Of a DNA stretch of 64,000 nt, positions 38,861 through 48,595 are shown in pieces. Below the pieces are notes generated by a model. The model made no database searches, was not told the DNA's origin, and saw nothing but the letters and a program-made list of their open reading frames with translations. Position 1 is the first letter of the stretch; each line of letters begins with the position of its first letter. The position numbers and the translations under genes were made by a program. Source of the DNA: an uncultured delta proteobacterium (GTDB lineage Bacteria > Myxococcota_A > Polyangia > Haliangiales > Haliangiaceae); assembly GCA_963848295.1 (NCBI GenBank), contig CAWKDB010000010.1, positions 4,830,800 to 4,894,799 of the forward strand, in the 5' to 3' direction.

Positions 38861-40429
38861 CTACGTGCCCGTCGTCGATGCGTAGAACCAGTGCGACCAC
38901 GTGTTCGACGTCACGAACGGATACGCCATCACCGAGAAGTCACCGGACTTCGCGTTCGGGTTCCCGACGTGATCGTCGATCCGGATCACGTACGCGTGCC
39001 CGGTCGCGAACAGCGCCCGCGGAAATGTCACCTGGGTCCGATCGTGGGTCATGATCACGTAGCGCTCGACCGTGGTCGTCGTGCCGTTGGCGGGGAGCAA
39101 CTCGAACAACCACGCGATCGAATAATCCAGCGGACCAGGCGCGGCGGTCGTCCAGGTGACGACCGGATCCATGTTGGGGTCGAGCATCACGGTTTGCGAA
39201 TCGCTGTCGAGCACGACCCCGGCCAGCGTGGCCAGCGACGCGATCGCGGTCCCCCCCGACGGCAACGTCACGACGTTCGCGGGGCAAGTCGAATCGAGCT
39301 TCGGCATGTCGATCCACTCGAACGTCTGGTTCGTCAGCGCCCCTGGCGTTGTCGTGCTCGGCAGGGCGATCGGGCGCTGCGCGTAGACCTGCATCCCGGC
39401 GATCAGCTGCGTGCCGGCGAACGGGTTGCCAAACTGGAACTGGCCGTCGGAGTCGGCGACCGCGCCGTTCGGCTGGCTGTAGACCGCGACCCAGGACGCC
39501 GCGACCGGGCCGAGCGTCTCGTCGGGGACCTCGGCGAATTGCCAGTCGTCCGCCGCATTGTCGTAGTCCGACTCGGGTACCGCGGTGCCGAGCCGGTGCA
39601 GCTCGTCGTAGAACGCCGCGATCACGTGCCCACACTTGTTGAGGCTGACCGCGGTCATCGGCGCGCGGGTGTTGCCGTCACCGATGCTCGAGGTCCCGCC
39701 ATCGGTCTGCGTGATCTGCGCGGTCGCCGTGCCGACGATCGTATCGTAGTAGCCGGTCCCGACCATCGTCTGTTGGTACTGCTCGAGATACACCGCGTCG
39801 CTGCGGCTCGCGTCGAGCAACCCGAGCGCGCCGCCTTGCGAGCTGGCGTTCTGCCAGTTGTACGGGAACACGCCGGTGTTCGATTCACCGGGCACGCCGG
39901 TGAACGAGTAGAGCCCGGTCGACAGGACGATCGGGTAGCACGGCGTGGTCACGGTGCACGGCGCGGGGTTGCTATAGCTGAAGTTGATCGTGGTCGGCTT
40001 CGTCACCGGGACTCGATCCGGTCGGCCGGCGATCCGAGTGACCAGCGCGATCCGCGGATCGGCGGCCTGATACTCGAGGACCGTGACCGCCGCGTTCGAG
40101 ATCACGAGCCGGTAGCTCTGGCCCGGCTGCGCGAGCTCGAACGTGAACGTGCCATCGGCGTTGTAGTCGACCGGCGGGGTCGAGCCATCGTCGAGCGTCA
40201 CCGTCAGCGTGATGTCGCTCGGTGCGAACACGTAGCTGCCCGTGGTGGGCGTCAGATCGGGGTTATTCGTCGCGTAGAGCTCCGTATACGAGCCGGCGAC
40301 GGCGTTCGTCAGGACATCCGGCTCATCGAGCGCGGCGCCGTCGGGGTCGTGTCCCCGCGCGATGTGAAAGATGCTCTGGCAGCCCGCGACCAGACTCGCC
40401 AACGCCGCGATCATGGCCGGCCACCTCAC
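38861..40429 (-). CDS. Hypothetical lipoprotein (beta-rich)
   Basis: Lipobox VAGC; Thr/Tyr-rich. Confidence 0.75.
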   Translation of the reverse strand: MRWPAMIAALASLVAGCQSIFHIARGHDPDGAALDEPDVLTNAVAGSYTELYATNNPDLTPTTGSYVFAPSDITLTVTLDDGSTPPVDYNADGTFTFELAQPGQSYRLVISNAAVTVLEYQAADPRIALVTRIAGRPDRVPVTKPTTINFSYSNPAPCTVTTPCYPIVLSTGLYSFTGVPGESNTGVFPYNWQNASSQGGALGLLDASRSDAVYLEQYQQTMVGTGYYDTIVGTATAQITQTDGGTSSIGDGNTRAPMTAVSLNKCGHVIAAFYDELHRLGTAVPESDYDNAADDWQFAEVPDETLGPVAASWVAVYSQPNGAVADSDGQFQFGNPFAGTQLIAGMQVYAQRPIALPSTTTPGALTNQTFEWIDMPKLDSTCPANVVTLPSGGTAIASLATLAGVVLDSDSQTVMLDPNMDPVVTWTTAAPGPLDYSIAWLFELLPANGTTTTVERYVIMTHDRTQVTFPRALFATGHAYVIRIDDHVGNPNAKSGDFSVMAYPFVTSNTWSHWFYASTTGT

Positions 40430-40458
40430 CCTCCCATGATAGCTCGAAACCCCGTCGG

Positions 40459-42177
40459 CTATGCGTGAGGTTCGACGGTGACCTCGACGGTCAACGCCTC
40501 GCCACCGCCACCGACAAAGATCGTTCCACTCGTCGGCGTGGCGTCGATGTAGTTACGGCCCACCGCGACCCGCACGTGGTCGGTCTGCGTGAGCACGCCG
40601 TTCGTCGGATCGAAGCCCTTCCACCCCACTTGCGGCAGATAGACCTGGACCCAGGCGTGCGATGCCTCACTTTGCGTGCGGTTCGCCGCCTTGGGTCCGG
40701 TGTAGATGTAGCCGCACGCGTACCGCGCCGGCAGGCCGAGCAGCCGGGCGAGGCAGATCATCAGATTCGTGAAGTCTTGGCACACGCCGCGGCGATTGAC
40801 GTAGACCTCGAACGCCGTGGTCGAGACCGTCGTCGCTCCCTGGATGTACTTGTACTCGCGGAAGATCGTCTGGTTGATGTCGAGCAGCGTGTCGAGCAAG
40901 TCATAGTCGTTGCGTTTGACGAAGCTCATCCCGTACTCGGCGAGCTCGGCGAGCTCGGTCTCGGGCAGCTCTTGCGGCAACAGATACGGATCGAGGATCT
41001 GCCGTTGCCACGGCATCCACACCAGCGGGATCGACGAGCGCACGCGCAACGGCCCGAAGCCGAGTGGATCGACATCGAGGACCTCGATCCGGCTGCGCGC
41101 TTCGATCACCATCTCGTTGAACGGCGACTCGATCTCGATCCGGCGGACGAGATTGCCGAACACGTCCTCGTAGTCACGGCTCTTCGCGGGCACGGACACG
41201 GTGAGCTGGTGGTGGAGCACGTGCTGCAAGCGATCCGCGACCGGGGTCAGCCGCAGCATATGGGTCGAGCGCTCGATCGCTTGTTCATAGCGATAGACCG
41301 TGCGGTGGACGATGTCGAACGTGCGCGGTTCGCTGCGGGTCGGCAGCCGGCGGATCGCCGCGGACACGGGTGCCGCCGCGTTCGCGCGTTCCGCGATGAC
41401 CGCGCCCTCTCGAATCACGAGCAACTGCCCGGGCGCGAGCTGGCGCCACGCGAGCGCGTGACCGGCATCGCCGTCGCCCGCGGACAACGGCTCGGTGCAC
41501 GCGATCACGCCTTTGCGGCTCTTCGCGCCCCGCTTCGTGAGATCGACTTCGAGGTCGTTATCGCCAAACGCGATCCGGTCGTACGGCGGCGCGAGCTCAC
41601 CGATCCACAAGGGTACGCCGCGGCGGTCGGCGTACGCGAGGAGATCTCGGCCGTCGGTGAGACATATCGTCAGGCCCCCGATGTCGTTGACCTCGCCGAG
41701 CCAGCCGAGCATCGCGTCGAGATCGATGTCGGCGACCGAGCGCCACCCGCGTACGACGAACCGGTTGAGCAACACGCAGAACAGTTGCTCGGTGTCAGTG
41801 GATCCCACCGGCTCGAACGGTCCCGCGACGTCGGGCAGCTTGCGATCGAGGCTGCCGGCGTGCGCCATCAACCAATCGCGTCGAGCCCACGTTCGCGAGA
41901 ACGGCTGGGTGTTCGCATCGGATAACGCGCCCCAGGTCGCGTGCCGGATGTGGAGCACGAACACCGACGACGCGACTTGCTCCCACGCGCTGGCGATCTG
42001 GCTGCGAATCGACGTCTGCGGCGGCGCCGGCTCCTTGAGGATCGCCGCGGACGGTTCCCCCGCCGGGTAATAGCCGAGGCCCCAGCCATCGGGCAGCGTG
42101 CGACCGGCATCGAGGCATCGCAACGTGAACGATGGCGCGAGCTCGCCCTCGAAAGACATCGCGAGGAGGTTCGGCAA
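40459..42177 (-). CDS. Class II glutamine amidotransferase-like domain fused to a transglutaminase-like domain
   Basis: Probable TTG start (M)PNLLAMSF; DGWG, HIR.AT, NTQPF, G.TDTE; C-terminal GVCQD / HAW / FDPTN triad. Confidence 0.85.
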   Translation of the reverse strand: MPNLLAMSFEGELAPSFTLRCLDAGRTLPDGWGLGYYPAGEPSAAILKEPAPPQTSIRSQIASAWEQVASSVFVLHIRHATWGALSDANTQPFSRTWARRDWLMAHAGSLDRKLPDVAGPFEPVGSTDTEQLFCVLLNRFVVRGWRSVADIDLDAMLGWLGEVNDIGGLTICLTDGRDLLAYADRRGVPLWIGELAPPYDRIAFGDNDLEVDLTKRGAKSRKGVIACTEPLSAGDGDAGHALAWRQLAPGQLLVIREGAVIAERANAAAPVSAAIRRLPTRSEPRTFDIVHRTVYRYEQAIERSTHMLRLTPVADRLQHVLHHQLTVSVPAKSRDYEDVFGNLVRRIEIESPFNEMVIEARSRIEVLDVDPLGFGPLRVRSSIPLVWMPWQRQILDPYLLPQELPETELAELAEYGMSFVKRNDYDLLDTLLDINQTIFREYKYIQGATTVSTTAFEVYVNRRGVCQDFTNLMICLARLLGLPARYACGYIYTGPKAANRTQSEASHAWVQVYLPQVGWKGFDPTNGVLTQTDHVRVAVGRNYIDATPTSGTIFVGGGGEALTVEVTVEPHA

Positions 42178-42224
42178 GGCGAGTAACTCTAACAGCTCGT
42201 GCGCCGCGCAGGTCCTTGCCGGCC

Positions 42225-43982
42225 TCAGGTGTCGCGATGGTCGCGGCGCAGGTCGACGGTGAACGGCCGGACTTCGACGCGGTAGCCATTCGCGCTGACA
42301 TCGCCGGCGCGAGTCGTCAACTCGAGTCGTTCTTGGCGGCGGACCAGGGCTTCGGTCGCGTCGCGCGGCAACCCTTCGTAGGGGCCGCCGGCCGGGCGCC
42401 ACGCCCACAGCTCGATCGTCTGCGCGCGACCCGCCCACGCCCACTCGATGACGAGCGGATCGTGGACCGGTAACCCGACGTGCAGACCGGGCGCGGGCTC
42501 GAACACGCGCCGGCGAATGCCGACCGCGCGCGCGCCATGGCCGAGCGACCGGAGGTGGACCCATTCGCCAGCGACGACGACGCGTTCGGGTCCGGCGCCT
42601 TCGATCGACAGCTCGAGGCGTTGCGTCGACGAATCGACCCAGCGCGTCGCGGCTCGGTCTTGCGAGGCGACGTCGCCGACGAGCGGCCAGAACTCGAGCG
42701 CGGGTCGCACCACGAGCGTGGCATCGCCGAGCCGACATACGATGCCCGGTGCGCGCCACGCCTCGAGCTCGGTCCGCAAGTCCGCGGGCAAGCCGATGCC
42801 ATGGTCGTCGAGATCGCCGAGCACGAGCCGCAAGTCGCGGGCGAGCGACGCTGGCAACGCGAACCAATCGTGGAGCTCGTCGTGCCAATCGACGAGCGGC
42901 TCGCGGTAGTCTGACACGACGAGCCGCGCGACGATCGACCGCAACAACGCGGCCAGCGCGACGAGCATCTCGGGCCGCTCCGGCATGCGCACCGCCCGGA
43001 GCTCGACGACACCGCCCCGACCATGGCGTGCGCCATGACTCGCGAGATGGGGGTTCCACAACCTCTCGATGTTGACCTCGGCGCGGTGCGTGTTGCCGGA
43101 CGGATCGGTCAACAGCGGCGCGAGCGCATGCCACAGCTGCTCGGGCGCGAGCTGGCCGTGATCGGCGCGATGTTCGAGCCAACCGAGCGTGACCTCGAGC
43201 TCGTCCCAATGTTCGCGCGTGCCTTCGTCGGGGCGCGGGCCTTGCGATGCCGAGCCCACGCACTCGCTCGCGAACCAATACGACAGCGAGGGGTGGTTGT
43301 TGAGGTAGCGCAGCAGCGCCGGTAGCAGGTGCGGGTAGCGCACGAACGGGCTCGCCTCCGGGCGCGAACCACCGAGCGTGATCTGACCGCCGCCGCCAGA
43401 GTCGGCGGGGTCGCCGTTGAATCGATAGCGATTCGGCGCGAGCTCGACGCTCTCGGCCGCCGCCCAGATGCGGCGCGCCTGCTGCGCGAAGTCGACCGTG
43501 TTCGCCGACGGCGCCATGTTGACCTCGACCACGCCTGGATCGGGCGTGACGGTCAGCCAGCGCGTGCCGCCGAGGTCGGCAGGAGACGGCTCGGGCTCGG
43601 CATCGATCGCACACCGCGAGCCGGTCGGATCGCCGCCGTGCTCGTCGCGCCATCGCACGCCGAACGCGAACCGCGGGTACGGCTCGTCGGGAAACTGCCG
43701 GCCGACGACGCGGCTCAGCGCGGCACCGGGCGAGCTATCCGCGATCGCCGTCGCGAGCGCGTGGGCGCGCGCGAGCTTGTCGTCGCCGTCGACGTGTGCG
43801 GACCACGCCGGGTGGACCGAGTCGCGGCGCGTGAACGTCGGCTCGGCGCCGACCCACACGTCGATGCTGCGGCGAGCGAGCTGCTCGTCGTGAGCGGCGA
43901 GCGCGGCGTCGACGGTCTCGCTCCGCCATTCGCCGGTGCCGCCGGTGGGTGGCGAGCCACCGCCGGCGGTGTCGCGCGTCAT
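42225..43982 (-). CDS. DUF2126 putative amidoligase (COOH-NH2 ligase, glutamine-synthetase-like fold)
   Basis: GAEPTF, VTPDPGVVEVN, HPSLSYWF, SQGPRPDE, GNTHRAE, GVVELRA. Confidence 0.85.
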   Translation of the reverse strand: MTRDTAGGGSPPTGGTGEWRSETVDAALAAHDEQLARRSIDVWVGAEPTFTRRDSVHPAWSAHVDGDDKLARAHALATAIADSSPGAALSRVVGRQFPDEPYPRFAFGVRWRDEHGGDPTGSRCAIDAEPEPSPADLGGTRWLTVTPDPGVVEVNMAPSANTVDFAQQARRIWAAAESVELAPNRYRFNGDPADSGGGGQITLGGSRPEASPFVRYPHLLPALLRYLNNHPSLSYWFASECVGSASQGPRPDEGTREHWDELEVTLGWLEHRADHGQLAPEQLWHALAPLLTDPSGNTHRAEVNIERLWNPHLASHGARHGRGGVVELRAVRMPERPEMLVALAALLRSIVARLVVSDYREPLVDWHDELHDWFALPASLARDLRLVLGDLDDHGIGLPADLRTELEAWRAPGIVCRLGDATLVVRPALEFWPLVGDVASQDRAATRWVDSSTQRLELSIEGAGPERVVVAGEWVHLRSLGHGARAVGIRRRVFEPAPGLHVGLPVHDPLVIEWAWAGRAQTIELWAWRPAGGPYEGLPRDATEALVRRQERLELTTRAGDVSANGYRVEVRPFTVDLRRDHRDT

Positions 43983-44224
43983 GCCGGGCTCCAATGTTCG
44001 GCGCGATCGGTCACGTCGACGAGCCACGCGATCGTGTCGCCACGCTCCCGCAACTGCTGCACGAGCGCACGGGCTCGCTCGCCCGTGTGTAGCGCTGGGT
44101 CGCGGAGGTCGAGCAACGCGGCGAGCTCACCGGCGTCGCCGTACGAGAACGGCTGAGTGCGCGTGCGCTCGTCTACGAAGAGATCGAATGGATCGATCGG
44201 CGCGGGCAGCGATGGCGTTACCAC
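43979..44224 (-). CDS. Small hypothetical protein (~81 aa) coupled to the DUF2126 gene
   Basis: The GTG start overlaps the DUF2171 stop; its own stop overlaps the DUF2126 ATG (ATGA). Confidence 0.5.
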   Translation of the reverse strand: MVTPSLPAPIDPFDLFVDERTRTQPFSYGDAGELAALLDLRDPALHTGERARALVQQLRERGDTIAWLVDVTDRAEHWSPA

Positions 44225-44469
44225 TTTGAAGGGCTTGGCGCGGTCGTCCAGTCCCGGCGAGCGTCCTCGAGGGCGTACTCGATGTGGACGACCTGGTCGA
44301 CCGAAGTAACCCAATCGAGCGGAATCTGATGTGCTTCGCCGTCTTCAGGAGCGAGCACGATCGACCCGCTGCTCGAGATATGGTCGACCGTGCCGAGCTC
44401 GCCGTCGGGCGAGCACTCGATGACCATGTGCGGCTTGATGAGCTGACGAGCGGTGATCTTGTCCAACAT
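44218..44469 (-). CDS. DUF2171 family protein
   Basis: IKPHMVIECSPDGELGTVDH...HQIPLDWV..VD..VH. Confidence 0.75.
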   Translation of the reverse strand: MLDKITARQLIKPHMVIECSPDGELGTVDHISSSGSIVLAPEDGEAHQIPLDWVTSVDQVVHIEYALEDARRDWTTAPSPSKW

Positions 44470-44520
44470 GGACTCAGGAGGAGCATGCGGCGTGCCAGGT
44501 GAAGCCCGGCGCTTCGGCTC

Positions 44521-44565
44521 TTGTATTCCTGCATAGAACTCGCATAAACATGCACTTCCTATGCA
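44521..44565. promoter_or_regulatory. ARG-box-like operator region
   Basis: AT-rich stretch with TGCAT/ATGCA half-sites (CGCATAAACATGCA at 44541-44554), directly upstream of argC in an operon that encodes ArgR. Confidence 0.6.
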
Positions 44566-45583
44566 TGCCGGCAAACGCCCGATCGCGATCCTCGGGGCCT
44601 CGGGTTATGCCGGCGTCGAGCTGACGCGGATCGTGGCGCTGCATCCCGGCTTCGAGCTCGCGGTCGTGTCGAGCGATCGCTGGGCCGGAGACAGCGTCGA
44701 CCAGCGCGTGGGTGTCGCCGGCGCCGCGGTGCGCTACGTCGCTCCCGAGGTCGGGCTGGCGGCCGCCGCTGATTGCGATCTCGTGTTCTGCGCCACGCCG
44801 GCGGAGACCTCTCACGCGTCGGTTGCCGCGCTCGCTCGTTCGTCGGCGCGGATCGTCGACCTGTCCGGCGCGTATCGCTTGCGCGACGCCGCCGCGTACG
44901 CGGCGCACTACGGCTTTGCTCATGCGCATCCACAGCTGCTCGGCGAAGCGGTCTACGGCTTACCCGAGCTCGGCGCGCGGTCGGCGATCGCCGGCGCGAG
45001 GCTCGTCGCGAATCCGGGCTGCTACGCGACGGCGATCCAGCTCGCGCTCGCACCGCTCGCTGGGCTGGTCGGCGACCGGCTGGTCGTCGACGCGATGTCG
45101 GGTGTCACCGGCGCGGGCCGGCGCGCGACCGAGGCGATGAGCTTTGCCGAGGTCGAAGGAGACGTCCACGCGTATCGCGCGTTGCGTCACCAGCACGTGC
45201 CGGAGATCGAGCAGGCGCTCGCGATTCGCGACCTCGTGTTCGTGCCTCACCTGTTGCCGGTTCGCCGCGGCATCCTCGCGACCTGTCACGCCGAGCTCGC
45301 CGCGGGCAGCGATCCAGCAGCCGTCGCGTCGGCGTTCGAGCGTTATGCCGCCGAGCCGTTCGTGACGGTCGCGGCAGGCCCCGACGAGGTGACGCTGCGC
45401 GCGGTCGTCGGCACGAATCGCTGCGTGCTCGGGGTCGCGACGTGCGGGCGTGCGGTCGTCGTGATCGCGGCGATCGATAACCTCGTCAAAGGCGCCGCCG
45501 GCCAGGCGGTGCAGAACGCAAATCTGATGTTGGGAATACCCGAGACCGCAGGCCTCGCCACGTTACGGAGCAGTGCGCCGTGA
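44561..45583 (+). CDS. argC: N-acetyl-gamma-glutamyl-phosphate reductase
   Basis: GASGYAG, DLSGAYR, ANPGCYAT, SGVTGAGR, DNLVKGAAGQAVQN. Confidence 0.96.
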   Translation: MHAGKRPIAILGASGYAGVELTRIVALHPGFELAVVSSDRWAGDSVDQRVGVAGAAVRYVAPEVGLAAAADCDLVFCATPAETSHASVAALARSSARIVDLSGAYRLRDAAAYAAHYGFAHAHPQLLGEAVYGLPELGARSAIAGARLVANPGCYATAIQLALAPLAGLVGDRLVVDAMSGVTGAGRRATEAMSFAEVEGDVHAYRALRHQHVPEIEQALAIRDLVFVPHLLPVRRGILATCHAELAAGSDPAAVASAFERYAAEPFVTVAAGPDEVTLRAVVGTNRCVLGVATCGRAVVVIAAIDNLVKGAAGQAVQNANLMLGIPETAGLATLRSSAP

Positions 45584-47664
45584 AGACACCGCAGGGATTT
45601 CGGTTCGCCGGCGCGCACGCCGGGCTCAAGCCGGTTCGGCGCGATGTCGCGTTGATCGTCAGCGACCCGCCCGCGGCGGCCGCCGCGGTGTTCACGGTGA
45701 ATCGCGCGAAGGCCGCGCCGATCGTCGATGCCGAGACGCGCGTGCCCGCGCCCGCGATTCGCGCGGTAGTCGTCAACAGCGGCAACGCGAACGCGCTGAC
45801 CGGCGCCGCCGGGCTCGCCGACGTGCGCGCGATCCGCGAAGCGTTTGGCGCGGCGCTCGGTACGTCGGCCGATGCCGTGCTCACGGCGTCGACGGGCGTG
45901 ATCGGCGCGCGCCTGCCGGCCGCAAAGATCGTCGCTGCCGCGCCGGGGCTGGTCGCCGCGCTGGCGACCGCACCGGAGCCTGCGGCCGAAGCGATCCTCA
46001 CGACCGATACCCGCACGAAGCTCGCGTATCGCGTGATCGAGCTCGGCGGCGCCGCGGTCACGATCTCGGCGATCGCGAAGGGCTCCGGGATGATCGCGCC
46101 GCAGCTCGCGACGATGATCGCGGTGATCACGACCGACGCCGCGATCGCACCCGCGCTGCTCGACCGAGCCTTGCGCGCCGCGATCGAGCCGAGCTTTCAC
46201 TGCCTCGTCGTGGACGGCGACATGTCGACCAACGACTCGATCATCGCGCTCGCGAACGGAGTCGCCGGCAACCCGCCGATCACCGACGCGGGCATCGACC
46301 TCGACGCGTTTACCGCCGCGCTGTCCGAGCTGTGCATCGAGCTCGCTCGCGACGTCGCGAGCGATGGCGAAGGCGCCACGCGTACGCTCGAGGTGGCGGT
46401 CTCCGGTGCGCCCGACGTCGCGATCGCGCGAGACATCGCGCGGTCGATCGCCGCGTCCTCGCTCGTCAAGGCCGCGATCTTCGGCGCCGACCCGAACTGG
46501 GGCCGGATCCTGGCGACCGTGGGAGCGCGCGCCGGGTCCCAGGGCTACTCGATCGATCCGCACGCGGCGACCGTGAAGATCCAAGGCGTCACCGTGTACG
46601 CCGGCGAGCCCGTGCTCGCGAATGCCGCCGGTCTGCGCTCGAAGATGCGCGCACCCGAGGTCCGGATCGAAGTCGCGCTCGCCGCGGGGAGCGCCGTCGC
46701 CACCGCGTGGGGCTGTGATCTGTCGTACGACTACGTCAAGATCAACGCGGACTATACGTCGCTGATCGTCCAGAACGCCGACGGCCAGCTCGCGAAGGAC
46801 GATCGCCTCACGAACTACAGCCCGAGCTTCAAGCGCACGCTGCTCGTCGAAGCGCTGTCGTACATCACGCGGTTCTCGGGCACTCGCTGCGTCGTCAAGT
46901 ACGGCGGCGCGGCGATGACCAAGCCCGCGCTCGAGCAGTCGTTCTGCGACGACATCAAGTTGCTGCGCTCGGTCGGCCTGCGTCCGATCGTCGTCCACGG
47001 CGGCGGCCCGGAGATCTCGAAGACGCTCGCGCAGCTCGGCGGCGGCCAACCGGAGTTCATCGACGGCGTGCGCGTCACGAAGCAGGGCGACATCAAGATC
47101 GTCGAGATGGTGCTCGGCGGGATCAACTCGCACCTCGTGACGCTGCTCAACCTCGATGGCGGTCATGCGATGGGCGTGTCGGGGAAAGACGGCGCGCTGC
47201 TGCGCGCCAAGAAGCTCAGAGCCGATCACGGCCGTGACCTCGGCCAGGTCGGCGAGATCACGAGCGTCAACGCGGCGGTGCTCGAGATGCTACTCGGCCA
47301 AGGTTACGTGCCGGTGATCTCGCCGATCGCGGGCGGCGACGACGGCCAGAGCTACAACGTCAACGCGGACTCCGCGGCCGCCGAGATCGCGATCGCGTTG
47401 CGCGCGCCGAAGCTTGTGTACTTGACCGACGTCGCCGGCATTCTCGAGCACGGCGAGCTCGTCACCGATCTGACGATCGCGGATCTCGATCGCAAGCTCG
47501 CGACCGGCGAGGTCACCGGCGGAATGAAGGTCAAGACCCAGGCGATCATCAAGGCGCTCGGCGCGGGCGTGGGTCGCGTCCACGTCATCGACGGCCGCAC
47601 TCCGCATAGCCTGATCGCCGAGCTGTTCACCGACCGCGGTGTCGGGACGCTGATCACGCCATGA
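45580..47664 (+). CDS. argJ-argB: Fused ornithine acetyltransferase (ArgJ) - acetylglutamate kinase (ArgB)
   Basis: NSGNANA, KGSGMIAPQLATM, DGEGAT, YVKINADYTS, then VKYGG, VHGGG, NVNAD, GGMKVK, ELFTD, all in one frame. Confidence 0.93.
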   Translation: MKTPQGFRFAGAHAGLKPVRRDVALIVSDPPAAAAAVFTVNRAKAAPIVDAETRVPAPAIRAVVVNSGNANALTGAAGLADVRAIREAFGAALGTSADAVLTASTGVIGARLPAAKIVAAAPGLVAALATAPEPAAEAILTTDTRTKLAYRVIELGGAAVTISAIAKGSGMIAPQLATMIAVITTDAAIAPALLDRALRAAIEPSFHCLVVDGDMSTNDSIIALANGVAGNPPITDAGIDLDAFTAALSELCIELARDVASDGEGATRTLEVAVSGAPDVAIARDIARSIAASSLVKAAIFGADPNWGRILATVGARAGSQGYSIDPHAATVKIQGVTVYAGEPVLANAAGLRSKMRAPEVRIEVALAAGSAVATAWGCDLSYDYVKINADYTSLIVQNADGQLAKDDRLTNYSPSFKRTLLVEALSYITRFSGTRCVVKYGGAAMTKPALEQSFCDDIKLLRSVGLRPIVVHGGGPEISKTLAQLGGGQPEFIDGVRVTKQGDIKIVEMVLGGINSHLVTLLNLDGGHAMGVSGKDGALLRAKKLRADHGRDLGQVGEITSVNAAVLEMLLGQGYVPVISPIAGGDDGQSYNVNADSAAAEIAIALRAPKLVYLTDVAGILEHGELVTDLTIADLDRKLATGEVTGGMKVKTQAIIKALGAGVGRVHVIDGRTPHSLIAELFTDRGVGTLITP

Positions 47665-48104
47665 CGCGGACGGCGACTCGGCGCGCGGAGATCCGGCGCT
47701 TGATCGCGAGTCGCGCGATCGCGACCCAGGAGGAGCTGCGTGCGTTGCTCGCGACGGCAGGCCACTCGGTCACGCAAGCGACGCTGTCGCGCGATCTCGC
47801 GCGGATCGGAGCACGGCGCGCCTCGGTCCAAGGTGGTGGCACCGCGTACGAGCTCGGCGACGGCGGTGACCGTCCGCGCGACATCGTCGGCGGCCTCGTA
47901 CGTTCGGTCGAGGACAACGGAACGCTCGTCGTGATCCACACCGCACCGGGCGCCGCGCAAGTCATCGCGAGCACGCTCGATCGCGCGCGGTTGCCGGAGC
48001 TCCTCGGCACGATCGCCGGCGACGATGCGATCTTCTTGGCGCCGGCGCGGGGCATCGCGGCAACCAAGCTCGCGAAGCGGATCAGGCTGTTGGTCGGCGG
48101 CTGA
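47661..48104 (+). CDS. argR: Arginine repressor
   Basis: TQEEL, TQATLSRDL, GTIAGDD. Confidence 0.95.
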   Translation: MTRTATRRAEIRRLIASRAIATQEELRALLATAGHSVTQATLSRDLARIGARRASVQGGGTAYELGDGGDRPRDIVGGLVRSVEDNGTLVVIHTAPGAAQVIASTLDRARLPELLGTIAGDDAIFLAPARGIAATKLAKRIRLLVGG

Positions 48105-48567
48105 CGAGCACGATCGCGGACACGCTACCCAGGGTGATAGGCACCGCGCTCGTCGCGCCGAGGTCGATCCTACCGAGCTCGCCGTCGACCGCGATCGGAA
48201 CGCCGAGCACGAGCTCCCCGACGAGCTTGACGATCCCACGCTTGACCACGCCGGCGAGCTGGTTCGCGAGCTCGGAGATCGCGTCGGCAATATCGGTTGG
48301 CGACAGCTCGGCACGCGGACCCACGCCGAGCAACGCGCGCGCCAGCGCGTCCCGTGCCGGGAGGGCCGCGACGAGCGCGACACCGTAGTGCTGGCCAGCA
48401 CCGACGAGCGCGACATCCGCGCCGGCCATGCCAGCGGCGCGATCGGCACGCACGGGCGCGCCCGCGGTCGCACTGGAGTAGCCGAGCGCGTAGATCGCGA
48501 CCTCGCGGGCCGCGTTGCGGATCGCGCTGACCCACGCCGCGTCGCCCCCGATCAGCGACGTGCTCAT
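48082..48567 (-). CDS. CheX/CheC-like phosphatase domain protein
   Basis: DIADAISELANQLAG (D...E..N motif). Confidence 0.7.
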   Translation of the reverse strand: MSTSLIGGDAAWVSAIRNAAREVAIYALGYSSATAGAPVRADRAAGMAGADVALVGAGQHYGVALVAALPARDALARALLGVGPRAELSPTDIADAISELANQLAGVVKRGIVKLVGELVLGVPIAVDGELGRIDLGATSAVPITLGSVSAIVLVSRRPTA

Positions 48568-48595
48568 CGCGTGCCTCCGCGACCAGGCTCGGTCA

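Noticed and set aside
40459..43653. 1064-aa ORF suggesting a larger fusion
   Set aside because: The N-terminal ~490 aa is an off-frame reading of the DUF2126 gene; the real protein starts near 42177.
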